Shown: positions 20,965-31,879 of the stretch, piece by piece
Position numbering within the stretch: position 1 is the first letter of the stretch
How the letters are laid out: every line of letters starts with the position of its first letter
Assembly (NCBI RefSeq): GCF_001194135.2
Contig: NC_069000.1
Location: 34,634,982 to 34,668,685, forward strand
Source: Octopus bimaculoides
Taxonomy: Eukaryota
Length of the DNA stretch: 33,704 nucleotides
Direction: 5' to 3'
Program-made: the position numbers and the translations under genes
Notes under the pieces: generated by a model
Database searches by the model: none
The model's input: the letters and a program-made list of their open reading frames with translations, nothing else
What the model was told of the DNA's origin: nothing

Positions 20965-22190
20965 TCAGGCTGAGTAAAAAGTAAGCAACGTTTTGAAACA
21001 TGAAATTCATCACAATCTATTTCAACAATGTAGAAATTTTATTCATCGAAGTAAGTACCATCACGGTCAACACATTTTTGCCAACGAGTTACAAGTATGT
21101 TTATTCCGGTAACACAAAAATCTGGAACTGATGAAGTCTTTGAATGCACTTACAGCAACAGTTTGATTTTTGAACCCCTTCTCTCACAGGGAACCATCAA
21201 GGTGCTTGAAAAAGTAGTAGTCGATAGGAGAAAATTCTGGGAAATAAACTGGGTGAGGAAGAACTTCGTTGCCAAGTTCCCTCAACTTCTGGAGCGTCAT
21301 TAGTGAAACGTGTGTTCGAACATTGTCATGAAGAATGATTAGCCCCCTTCTGTTGACCAGTCTGGGACGTAGAAGTAGCAGTTTTTCGTTCATTTAGGCA
21401 GTTTCATGGCAATATGTTTTAAGAAGTTATAGTGAATGAGTCCAGCAGTACACCACCAAACAGTTACCATAACCTTCTTTTTGAAGAGCTTTAGTTTGGT
21501 CTAACTACTGCGAAGAACGTTTTTTATTATTGTACAGAATCCTCTTTTCATCGCAAATTACAATACTGTCGAGTAATGGATCGGTCTGGTTACGGAGAAG
21601 AAGTGACGAACAAATTTCATATCTACGCATTTTCTGATTTTCATTCAAATCGTATGGTACCCATTTGTTGAACATTTTTGATTATCCGGTCGCAGTTTTC
21701 TGGCTAACTTGAAGTTCTTTTGCCAGTTCTCGAGTGGTTTTATGTGGATCTTTCCCAATGATGGTCTTTAATTGACCGTCATCGATGATAGATGGGCGTC
21801 CACCACGCTCCACGATCTTCAAGGCTCAGGTCTCCACTGCGAAATCGTTTAAACCATTTTNNNNNNNNNNGGACCAAATCTCAATTTTTTAATGCCAAAA
21901 TGTAGCTAGGGACCAGTCCTTTTCAAAAATGTTTAAAAATTCTTAGTGAAGAATTGAATTAGCGACAATCTCTGAAAGATGCTGCGTGTGAGTAAATTGC
22001 GGCCTTAAGAATATCATTCAACTACGGTAGTAGTTATGTCATATATATAAAAGATCAAACGATCGCAGTGTGGGAAGAAAGTTAACTTCAGGCAGTCTGT
22101 AGTAAGTATAAAAAAACAACTTTCGGGAACAATATTAGTTTAGTGAAGCTGAAGGTTGTGAAATTTTTTGTATCGAGGTACGATAATCTG

Positions 22191-22221
<31 letters not shown>

Positions 22222-23317
22222 NNNNNNNNNNNNNNNNNNNNNNNNNNNNNNNNNNNNNNNNNNNNNNNNNNNNNNNNNNNNNNNNNNNNNNNNNNNNNNN
22301 NNNNNNNNNNNNNNNNNNNNNNNNNNNNNNNNNNNNNNNNNNNNNNNNNNNNNNNNNNNNNNNNNNNNNNNNNNNNNNNNNNNNNNNNNNNNNNNNNNNN
22401 NNNNNNNNNNNNNNNNNNNNNNNNNNNNNNNNNNNNNNNNNNNNNNNNNNNNNNNNNNNNNNNNNNNNNNNNNNNNNNNNNNNNNNNNNNNNNNNNNNNN
22501 NNNNNNNNNNNNNNNNNNNNNNNNNNNNNNNNNNNNNNNNNNNNNNNNNNNNNNNNNNNNNNNNNNNNNNNNNNNNNNNNNNNNNNNNNNNNNNNNNNNN
22601 NNNNNNNNNNNNNNNNNNNNNNNNNNNNNNNNNNNNNNNNNNNNNNNNNNNNNNNNNNNNNNNNNNNNNNNNNNNNNNNNNNNNNNNNNNNNNNNNNNNN
22701 NNNNNNNNNNNNNNNNNNNNNNNNNNNNNNNNNNNNNNNNNNNNNNNNNNNNNNNNNNNNNNNNNNNNNNNNNNNNNNNNNNNNNNNNNNNNNNNNNNNN
22801 NNNNNNNNNNNNNNNNNNNNNNNNNNNNNNNNNNNNNNNNNNNNNNNNNNNNNNNNNNNNNNNNNNNNNNNNNNNNNNNNNNNNNNNNNNNNNNNNNNNN
22901 NNNNNNNNNNNNNNNNNNNNNNNNNNNNNNNNNNNNNNNNNNNNNNNNNNNNNNNNNNNNNNNNNNNNNNNNNNNNNNNNNNNNNNNNNNNNNNNNNNNN
23001 NNNNNNNNNNNNNNNNNNNNNNNNNNNNNNNNNNNNNNNNNNNNNNNNNNNNNNNNNNNNNNNNNNNNNNNNNNNNNNNNNNNNNNNNNNNNNNNNNNNN
23101 NNNNNNNNNNNNTACTCGAATGTCGCGCTTTGACTGTTCCATTTTCAGATGATTGCAACAACGGTGTAAAAAGTTAATTTATTGATGCATTTCGACCAGT
23201 CTGTGTCTGTATTATCAGACAATTTTTAAAAAATGCTTAAGTAACATTCAAAACTCTGAAAAATCCGGTACAAATTTTACATGGTTCAAAACGTTGCTTA
23301 CTTTTTACTCAACCTGA
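20965..23317 (-). mobile_element. Mariner element (D34D) with both TIRs, interrupted and inactive
   Basis: TIRs tcaggctgagtaaaaagtaagcaacgttttgaa (20965) and its reverse complement ending cctga|TA (23317), similar to the Hsmar1-type TIR. A transposase remnant lies between them. Confidence 0.9.
21039..23142 (-). pseudogene. Mariner transposase pseudogene
   Basis: MEQSKRDIRV start, then KWFKRFRSGDLSLED, KWVPYDL, SIVICDEK, LHDNVRTH, 34 aa to FSPIDY, and TRWQKCVDRDGTYFDE*. Internal stops (SQ*LD, GSL*EK) and frameshifts. Confidence 0.92.
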
Positions 23318-23348
23318 TATATATTACTCTCTCTCTCTCTCTCTCCCT

Positions 23349-23391
<43 letters not shown>

Positions 23392-23883
23392 GTCTCTGCA
23401 TTTTTGCAAATAAAGATGCGTGTGCATCTGTATGCATATGGACAACATTTATGAATAAACTCACACACAGATATTACACAAAACCAGTCTGTATTCGACA
23501 TATTTCGTATGTGTTGCAAGGAATTGTATGTGAATAAACGAAACGTGATTTTGGATGAGACGCATTTATTTTTACATAAAATCTGTTTTGAATATATTTA
23601 AGTTAAAACCATTATTTGTCTACATTAATTGGGTTTCACTGGATTCTCAGCGAATAATAAGAATAAATATCTCATCGACAGGTTTCATTCACATGCAAGC
23701 AATATGCTATCGTTTAATTATTTGTTCAACATTGTCGCAGAGCTTCGAATTCGTGGCTGTGAAGGCGCGGTCATAGCTTTGAAGTGAAGAAGCTCACCTT
23801 GCAGCCACTTGGTTTAGGGTTCAGCCCGCCTAATGCCTTGTGAATAAATTTGGTGGACGGAAACTGAAAGCCCATCATCTATA

Positions 23884-23915
<32 letters not shown>

Positions 23916-23929
23916 CTATAAATAATATA

Positions 23930-24310
23930 TAGATATATGTATACACAATGAGAAACGAAAACAGAAAACGAACTTTTTTCGAACAACGAAAAAAACAAAC
24001 AGAGAAACGAGACATGCAACATAAAGAATATATCCCTTCGTCAGTTGTCCCTGTTCCATCTACACCGCGTTTCGAAGGCAAGGAAAGGCTATTGTTCTAT
24101 AAGTTTTTTCAGAATTGCCTCTCTTAGGTACATCCCATTGGCAAGATTTAAAAAACTCGAAACAACAATGTCTGGGATTTCTGATAGATGGCAACACTGA
24201 ACAAACCGGATGTTTTCACACCTTTTACCATGAGAGAGATATTTTCTCCACGGTAACTGCAGTGAATTTGCCTTTTAGCAGTTGAAATATGTCACAAACA
24301 TATTTTAACT
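23930..24310. mobile_element. Possible Penelope-like element terminal repeat remnant
   Basis: Minus strand has cgaaacgcgg...acaactgacgaaggg, reminiscent of PLE pLTR motifs (recall only). No ORF support. Confidence 0.25.
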
Positions 24311-24739
24311 AACTTAAATTTTGCATATATAGATATAGAGAGAGATGTCGAATCCCCAACGAGTTAACGGGATCTCCTAACGACAATGTAAACTTCATAT
24401 AAACAAGGTATCTTGCAGTCTACTCCTAGCTTGGATAATTTACTACCTCCGAGGTTCCGCTACCTATGAAACATATGTAGCCTGGATTTTATCTACTCTA
24501 TTCCCTAATTTTTTGATGTTTATTCGCATATACAACAACCCCTGTTGCTAACTGTGAACTATAAAACTATTTTTCAGCCTATCATACTGCAATACGGCAA
24601 AAATTCACATCCTTCTGTGCCAATAAACCATTATTGTTCCTGAAATTCTTTTCTTTATCTTCAAGGAATTGCTTGAAGCTTACGAACTTCCTACACCTTA
24701 ATCCTTGGATCTTTCCCTTACATATATATCGACCATACT

Positions 24740-24930
24740 GTCGGATGTTGTTATACATCGCTGATCACAATGTGCTTTGCGTCGTGTTAGCTTTCGAATG
24801 ATGCCCACGTCGTTGGTTAGGCGAGCAATCCAACATACAGCCCTGCTCAGAAGACTACTCCGTTGCAGAACAACTCATTTTTTGTCAATTGAGTGGGCTG
24901 GAGCAACGTGAAATGAAATTCTGTCCTGCA
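24740..24930 (-). mobile_element. SINE family D fragment with conserved central domain
   Basis: aactcattttttgtcaattgagtgggctggagcaacgtgaaatgaa is the reverse complement of the central module at 15-70 and 16528-16590. Confidence 0.65.
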
Positions 24931-25258
24931 TACTTTTGTATGCTCACGGTAGCGGCTTGTCTTGTGCGGGCGGGCAGAAATAAAACTCTCGTGGTTAGTA
25001 AAGTTGAATGCGGCAGACAAGCGTAGCGTCCTGTTCTCGACGTGATTTATCTCCCCATCCGCCTAACGTCACCAAACAAGACATTTCCGGTTGCGTGAGA
25101 ATCAGTCTGAATGCCGAGGAAATTTCTCGTTGCACAGAAGTGCAGAGGAAATAGGAGTATAGAGTGGCTCTTAAATGAATGATTTTGTTCGTTTGGCCTT
25201 TTTTTTTCTTTTTTTTCTTTTTTCTTCTTCTTTTCACTACTACTGTTGCATTCTCCAG

Positions 25259-25314
25259 ATACAAACTCTGAATTGAACGGCAAACCTACAATCAACACAG
25301 GAGCCGGAAGTTAA
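25259..25314 (+). other. Candidate terminal or poison exon ((D)TNSELNGKPTINTGAGS*)
   Basis: Very long pyrimidine tract (about 25197-25236) ending ttctccag. All three frames stop within 56 nt. Confidence 0.25.
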
Positions 25315-25383
25315 GGGGAAGGGTCATGAGGATTTTTCTTTTACGTATTTTTGCTCTTGTCGATGTTGTTATTGTTTCTGTAT

Positions 25384-25414
<31 letters not shown>

Positions 25415-26036
25415 TTAAAAGCTAATAGTTAATCTTGCTTTGGTTAGCTTCCAATCTCAGCTGTTTGCTGACCGTATCAAACGAGATGGATGGCCTAGCA
25501 CGCATTTAGATAAAATAAATAAATAAATAAATACATAGATAAAATGGTGCAACTTAAACTATTAACGTATTGCTTTCGTTTATTTATTTTATTCATTTAA
25601 TTATCGCGCTAAAAACAAAAACAAAAAAAAGACCGGACTTGACATGCGGAAACAAATGAGAAAACTGCAAAATATTGTTTCTGTGCACGAATACATACAT
25701 ATATACATACATGCATACATACATGTATGCATACACACATAATATACACATACATACATACTCTACTAGTAAATTTAATTGTTTTTGGGATATACACTTT
25801 TTTAAATACACCAGTAATGACTTCCTCACTGGTATATTGCACAAATGTAATTCTTTTTTCCCCAAGTAAATTGCACTTCATATTAGATGCTCCGATGAAG
25901 CTATGGGATGGTATTCAGGCACCGCTGCAATAAGCACGTGAATCTAAGAGGGGAATATGCTGAATAAAATCATAATTAATCGATAGCCCTGTATTTTCTT
26001 TTACCAGATGCCAAGAACTTCTCAGAACCCCCTCGT

Positions 26037-26081
<45 letters not shown>

Positions 26082-26399
26082 TTTGTTTTATTTTTAAATA
26101 TTAGAAAGTTGCAGAAGTGACTGATGCACTGATATTTTCGTTAAGTGCCGTGTACGAAACTCTCAGTCCTTGAGTCGCGTTTGTGTCTTCTTATAAATGC
26201 GACTCATTTTTAAAGCCACCAGTTTTGGTGGGATTGGGTGGTATAAGCCGATTCTACTAGCTCGTCCCATGGACACTCATAATATTGTCAATTCCAAATG
26301 GTTTAACTCTCGATGGAGTCCATATCTCTCCAAGTCTGAACTCAGCTAACTTCTTTAAGAGAGAGAGAGAATTGACCCCAGTTGTGGACTGGTATTCTA

Positions 26400-26607
26400 T
26401 CTTGGCTTAAGTTTGTCATGAGCCCTAGTACTCATAAGATGAGTTAACTTATCAGCTATTGTTGGAGCTCATTTACAGTTGATTGAATTCGAGCAATGTG
26501 AAATGAAGTGTTTTGCTGAAGAGCTCAACGCATTCTCCGGTCCGAGAATCGAAACCACGATCATAAGATCGTGGGTACAGCATCCTGATAACTAGGCCAC
26601 TCGCCTT
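26400..26607 (-). mobile_element. SINE family D
   Basis: gagcaatgtgaaatgaagtgttttgctgaagagc...gagaatcgaaaccacgatc...actaggccac. Reverse complement carries B-box ggtttcgattc. Confidence 0.8.
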
Positions 26608-26619
26608 CAGTTCTTTATC

Positions 26620-26690
26620 TCAGGAACCCGAAAGGATGAAAGATAAAGTTGACTTCGGTAGTTCGGTAGGATCTGAACTCAGCGCGCTCA
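26620..26690 (-). mobile_element. SINE family C fragment
   Basis: cccgaaaggatgaaagataaagttgacttcgg...tgaactcag. Confidence 0.7.
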
Positions 26691-28083
26691 GAGAAAGAGA
26701 CAGGTGGGGGAGAAACTAAAAGACTTTGAACAACACTCGTCATAGAGGGTATTTGCCCAAGGGCCTCGCGAATCTAGGGGTCCAGATCTGATCTATGCAT
26801 GTGATGGCTTGCTGTCAATAAGTAAACACTATAAGGGCCAGCTACATTGATTTTCCCCGCGGCCCTAAATTTAAGGCAATTTTTCTCTAACGTTCTAAAT
26901 GTTGACCGCGCCACCAAACACAAACAGCTTTATTCAACATGGCGGCCTATGAAGGTAGATGAACACGGGAGTTATTTACAAAAATACCTATACTTTTAGC
27001 CCGAATAACAACAAACCGTGTTGATTATGTAAAGATTATTTGAAGAGCTTTGTCGGATTTTCAATCCATACAGACGACAGGTGTGTAATATGGATGTTTG
27101 TGTCAGCGTCAGAGGCTTACTATAATAGCATATTTGTTAATGGGAAGAGAGAGAAAGAGAGAAGACTATTGATCGCGGTGGAGTTATTTACAATGTTGGT
27201 TGGATTGAAGGCGGTGGCGATGGTGGTCAAACTGGAAAATGTGTAATTGTCTCCCTTCCTTTCCGTTTCTCTCTGTTTATTGTGTGTGTTTTGTGCGTGT
27301 GTGGGCGCACGTTACTGTTTTATCCTACGTCAGCTGTGATTGAGTGAGCAGACATATTTTCAAAGGCGTCCCAGCCGCGACTATCTGCTCTGTTTAAACA
27401 CAGTATATTTGCGACTACTACTTTGTCCTTCTATTTTTTGTTGTTGCTGTTGTTGTTTTTAAGACAGTAGGGTGTAATCCGAGGGATATTTAGCTGCCAT
27501 TCCGAGCAGGTCGAGTAACCGCGTAGACCAGGCTTAGTTAACGTTTTTTTCATGAAACGGACCGCACCACTAAAACCGTTCAGGATAATTTTTCGTTGAC
27601 CGTGCCCTTTGCGAGTCGCCATTTGCGTCCATGACTGACGTAGAAGCACATTTCTTTGATCGCGCGCGCGCGCGCGTATGTGTGAGCATTGGATTCTGTT
27701 TAAAGGAGAAATTAAGGTGAGATGACAGAGAAAGATTAGATAATGTGCATATAACATATGACAGATAAATGTGTATTTGCGTTAGCTATATAATGTGTGT
27801 TTGTATAATGGATAGATAATGTGCTATGTTATGACGAATAAGTAATTTGTGTTTGTATATATGTATATGCGTATGTGTTAGCGCTCGCGTGTCTATGGTT
27901 GTCACTCCTCGCTGTCACCTGACGTAAATATTATTGGTTGCAATATTATCAATAGTGTTAGATTAGTCTCTCTGTCTCTTTTCCCCCCCCTCTCTCTGCG
28001 TAATAATTGAAGAAGATCAATGGTTGGTTGTGAGGTCAAAACAACGACGTTTGTCTTTGTTGTTTCACTCCAGGTCAACTCTA

Positions 28084-28452
28084 GGAGGCGCAATGGCCCA
28101 GTGGTTAGGGCAGCGGACTCGCGGTTTCGATTCCCAGACCGGGCGTTGTGAGTGTTTATTGAGCGAAAACACCTAAAGCTCCACGAGGCTCCGGCAGGGG
28201 ATGGTGGCGAACCCTGCTGTACTCTTCCACCAAAACTTTCTCTCACTCTTACTTCCTGTTTCTGTTGTGCCTGTAATTCAAAGGGTCAGCCTTGTCACAC
28301 TGTGTCACGCTGAATATCCCCGAGAACTACGTTAAGGGTACACGTGTGTGTGTGGAGTGCTCAGCCACTTGCACGTTAATTTTACGAGCAGGCTGTTCCG
28401 TTGATCGGATCAATTGGAACCCTCGACGTCGTAAGCGACGGAGTGCCAACAA
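28084..28452 (+). mobile_element. SINE family A, full length with 14-bp TSD, inserted in a family E repeat
   Basis: TSD ccaggtcaactcta (28070-28083 and 28453-28466). A-box tggcccagtgg, B-box ggtttcgattccc and (CAA)n tail. Confidence 0.96.
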
Positions 28453-28622
28453 CCAGGTCAACTCTAATTGAACACACCTGTCTATGATCTAAGGCCTTTC
28501 TAGTCATGATCACTGCCATTCTTTTTTTCGACTACGTAGTGCTAGGACTACATTATCCAATGTATCATTTTCTTGTGTAAGACACCAAGGTATCCGGTGC
28601 TACGTTCTGACCATTCCGAGTT

Positions 28623-28770
28623 CATTCATGGGCCAAGTGCGACCCGTGGGTTTTTTTCTGAATCACACGTCTATCGAACAGTTACCTTGAATGCTTATAG
28701 TAGTGCGGCCCGTCTAAAGATGATCCATGTCTCTTGCGGCCCGTTTCTCGAAAAAGATTACCCGTGCTTA
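28623..28770. mobile_element. hAT-like MITE family 2
   Basis: catgggccaagtgcgacccgtggg ... gcggcccgtttctcgaaaaagattacccgtg is the reverse complement of the 6877 and 13300 copies. Confidence 0.6.
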
Positions 28771-28811
28771 ATCTAGTCGGCGATCTTTCGTTTTAGTCTA
28801 TCACTCATAGA

Positions 28812-28940
28812 TTGATACTTTATTTATGGACCCCAGAAAGATAAAAAGCAAAGACAATCTCGATGGAATTTGAATTCATAACGCAAGGAGCCAGAATACT
28901 GCATAAGTGCTGCGAAAGCATTTTGTCTGACGCTCCTAAC
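28812..28940 (-). mobile_element. SINE family C fragment
   Basis: gaccccagaaagataaaaagcaaagacaatctcgatggaatttgaattc. Confidence 0.65.
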
Positions 28941-28959
28941 CACTTACCATTTAGCCATT

Positions 28960-29380
28960 TGCATGCTAGCTAATGTACGTGTGTGTGTGAGCGCGCACGC
29001 TTGATCTCTAAGTTATGTGTATGTTTCTATGTATGATAGATAATGTTTGTGTGTATGATAGTTAGATGATGATGTGTGTGTATGTGTTTACATGATCGCT
29101 AAATAATGTTTATATGTGTATGGCAGCTAGATAATGTATGTGTGTGTGTGTGTCTATGATCGCTAAATAATGTTTATATGTCTGTAATAGCTAGATAAGG
29201 TGTGTGTTTATGTTAATGTGTGTGCGAGCGTGCATATGATAATGTGTGTACTTGAGCGCTAGATAATGTGCATGGGTGTGTATGATGGCCTGGTAATATG
29301 TGCACGTGGGAGAGATAGAGATTATGTGCGCGTGTGATAGATAGACACTGTGTGTAATAATACTAGCTAGATAATATTAC
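28960..29380. repeat. Degenerate ~30-bp minisatellite (GCTAGATAATGT + (GT)n + ATGAT)
   Basis: About a dozen recurrences of (c)tagataatgt or ctaaataatgt. A related array lies at about 27720-27840. Confidence 0.75.
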
Positions 29381-29756
29381 CAACTCATTAGTAGTAGTCA
29401 TTGATGGTGTTAGTGGTATAACGTAACGTTATGCTTCTCTACTGCAGGAATTCTCAAATACCAGCACCTCCCCCATCTCCCCTCCCCCAAATACTACAGA
29501 AATTTTTTTTACCCTCCTCTCTGTATTAAGGATAAGACAAAAATAGTGTTTGCATGTTTATATAATTCTTCTGTCTTCGTTATAATGTGGGACAAGCTCG
29601 CATCTTATGAGAAACGCTGCTTTATTAGATTGTAACTAAATCGAGCCGTTTTAATTTGACATTAATGTGTGAGTCTTATGAAGAGTAATGTATAATCTAA
29701 ATGAGAAGGAAGAAGAATGCGTTTAGCGCATTTTTATTGCTACTTACAATTGTTTC

Positions 29757-30030
29757 GGTAGCGCTCCTCTTTTTTTTTTACGCCATTGCTTCGTAAATGA
29801 TTTCACGTGAAAAGTTACACAATATTTGCGGTTGATTACATTGGAGTGGCACTTTATCAGCTTGAGATCAAGAGATGTACTCCTACATTGTGCTATGTAC
29901 AGTGTAAGAGTACACCCGTAAATGCAACTCTGATAAAGTGCCGCTCCAATGTAATTAACCGCAAATATTGAGTAACTTTTTCACGTGAAGCCATTTTACG
30001 AAGCAATGGCGTTAAAAACGGAGTGGTACC
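29757..30030. repeat. Long imperfect inverted repeat (foldback), probable MITE
   Basis: Arms of about 80 bp (29780-29860 and 29930-30014) are near-perfect reverse complements, with outer and inner stem extensions. Confidence 0.85.
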
Positions 30031-30149
30031 AATGCGATGATCTCTGCCATCGTCTTTTAGTTTAAAACTCCAATTGCATTAGATGAGAGCGAGCCCTTGA
30101 TGTGTTTCTCTCGCAAACAAGGTCACTCGATCTATTCGGTTTGGAAATA

Positions 30150-30632
30150 AAGCCTGAATCAAATCGGTGCCTGGACGATTTCACAAGGCGGTCACTTTGG
30201 TGTAACGTTTCTCGACAGGGTGCATGGCTTGGAGAACGGGGAGTTTTTTTAGTTTGAGCTGCGACATCGCATTGAGGGGTCCCAACGTTTTTCGACAGGT
30301 CGCATAGCTCGGAGAACGGGGAGTCTTTTTAGCTCGAACTGCAACTTCTCTGCATTGAGAGGTCACAACTCCGGTCCTACGGACACACGATTAGAATGTC
30401 GCAGGAAAGGATCGCAAGATATATTCTTCGAGCCGATCCAACCCGGTAGGAAACCTAAGGGTAGACGACGAGCTAGGTGGTTGGCTAATGTCTATAGTTT
30501 CAGCTGGCCGCACTAGGAAATCTTGGCGGAAAAGCGTAATGACGGTTGCTTCTGATGGGACCCTATGGAGGAGGTGCCAGAGGATTCTGTCTCCCATAAC
30601 TCTCCTAGGAATTTGTACAAAAAAAAAAAAAA
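30150..30632 (+). mobile_element. RTE-clade LINE (Rex3/Expander-like) 3' end, decayed, with A-rich tail
   Basis: Peptides GVTFLDRV, LELQLLCIERSQLRSYGHTIRMSQERIARYILRADPT and GRKPKGRRRARWLANV match the RTE ORF2 C-terminus (LLLxIERSQLRWxGHxxRM ... GRRPRGRPRTRW). Confidence 0.85.
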
Positions 30633-30913
30633 TACAAAGAAAGGTATATTAAATTCCATACAAGATATACTCTTGATTTAATGAAATTGTTTTCACATCC
30701 AAAGAAAGTAGATCAAATTGCCAGGTGGCAATTCGCACCAACTCAGAATGAAAAGAGGAGATATTCCCAGTAATCAATAATTCTTCAGAGTTACTATGCC
30801 AATAAGGATATTGTATGAAGATTGTATGAAGACCTAGCATTTACCATATTTGATGGCATATGAGACGCATTTTTTTCTCTCCCAAAAATATCTTAAAAAT
30901 CATTCCGGATCCT

Positions 30914-31225
30914 ATTCTTTTGCTTGTTTAAATCATTTGACTGCAGCCATACTGGAGCAGCGCCTTGAAGGTTTTTTTTTAGTCGAAGAAATCGACCCCA
31001 GGACTTACTTTTTATAAGCCTAATACTTATTCTATCGGTCTCTTTGCTGAACCACTAAGTTACACTAAAACCGGTTGTCAAGCGGTGATGCGGGGGACAA
31101 ACAAAGACACACACATAGATAGATTGATAGATACATACATACATACATACATATATACGACGGGATTCTTTTAGTTTCCGTCTACCTTATCCACTCACAA
31201 AGCTTTGGTTGGCCGGGGCTATATG
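30914..31225 (-). mobile_element. SINE family B, 5'-truncated
   Basis: tcatttgactgcagccatactggagcagcgcc ... cgacgggattcttttagtttccgtctacc. Confidence 0.88.
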
Positions 31226-31262
31226 TGCCAAGGCAACAAAATAATACGATCTATAAAGAATA

Positions 31263-31378
31263 ACAGAACAATCCTTTCTGCAAGGCCTGAAATTTTGAGG
31301 GGAGGGGGACTAGTGGATTACATCGACACCAGTACTTCACTGGTACTTACTTTATTGATTCCGAAAGGATGAAAGACA
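31263..31378 (-). mobile_element. SINE family C 3' part
   Basis: aggcctgaaattttgaggggagggggactagtggattacatcgac matches 12380-12470. Confidence 0.8.
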
Positions 31379-31879
31379 CAACAGAAAGGATAAACAAATA
31401 TCTTGGTTAACATTTTGCGACGATAATGAAACACACACGCTTGCATATGTACATACATACACAAACATATATTTACATATACATACATACATGTATACAT
31501 ATACACACTCTCCTATATGTATATACATACGCACACATTTACAAACATGCATACACATACACGTAATATATTTGTAATTGTATAAATGTATGGTAATTAT
31601 ATATTCGCATCTGGATAATTACATTGTTGAATTGCGAATATATGTATATAATTATATATCCACACGCGCGCGCACACACACAAACACACGTACACACACA
31701 CATACACATATCCATCTGCTATTGTCCGTGAATGTGTTGTTGACTCATTATTACTGAGTCCTTTGACAGTTGCAGCTGGAAGTATCTCTATGGTGCCAGG
31801 TTGGTGCCATACGGAAATTAGGGCGCTGACATAGAGAACTTTGTTGTCAAAGGTCTGCGTTTGTCGAGCTGGAAAAATA

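Noticed and set aside
24480-24720. YKTIFQPIILQYG peptide as a second CR1/L2 fragment
   Set aside because: Only one weak motif, with no flanking motifs in register.
27075-27081. 7-nt AG-ACGACAG-GT microexon
   Set aside because: Not frame-preserving, weak donor, and expected by chance.
28084-28145. tRNA-like sequence with A and B boxes (also the other SINE heads)
   Set aside because: No complete cloverleaf, and each continues into a SINE body, so these are not tRNA genes.
28573-28776. 67-aa + strand ORF MCKTPRYP...
   Set aside because: Mostly overlaps a hAT-like MITE.
28960-29380. Constant anchor plus variable spacer pattern as a CRISPR array
   Set aside because: Eukaryotic context, degenerate anchors, low-complexity (GT)n spacers and no cas genes.
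30391-30597. Minus-strand 68-aa ORF MGDRILWHLL...
   Set aside because: Antisense shadow of the RTE LINE remnant.
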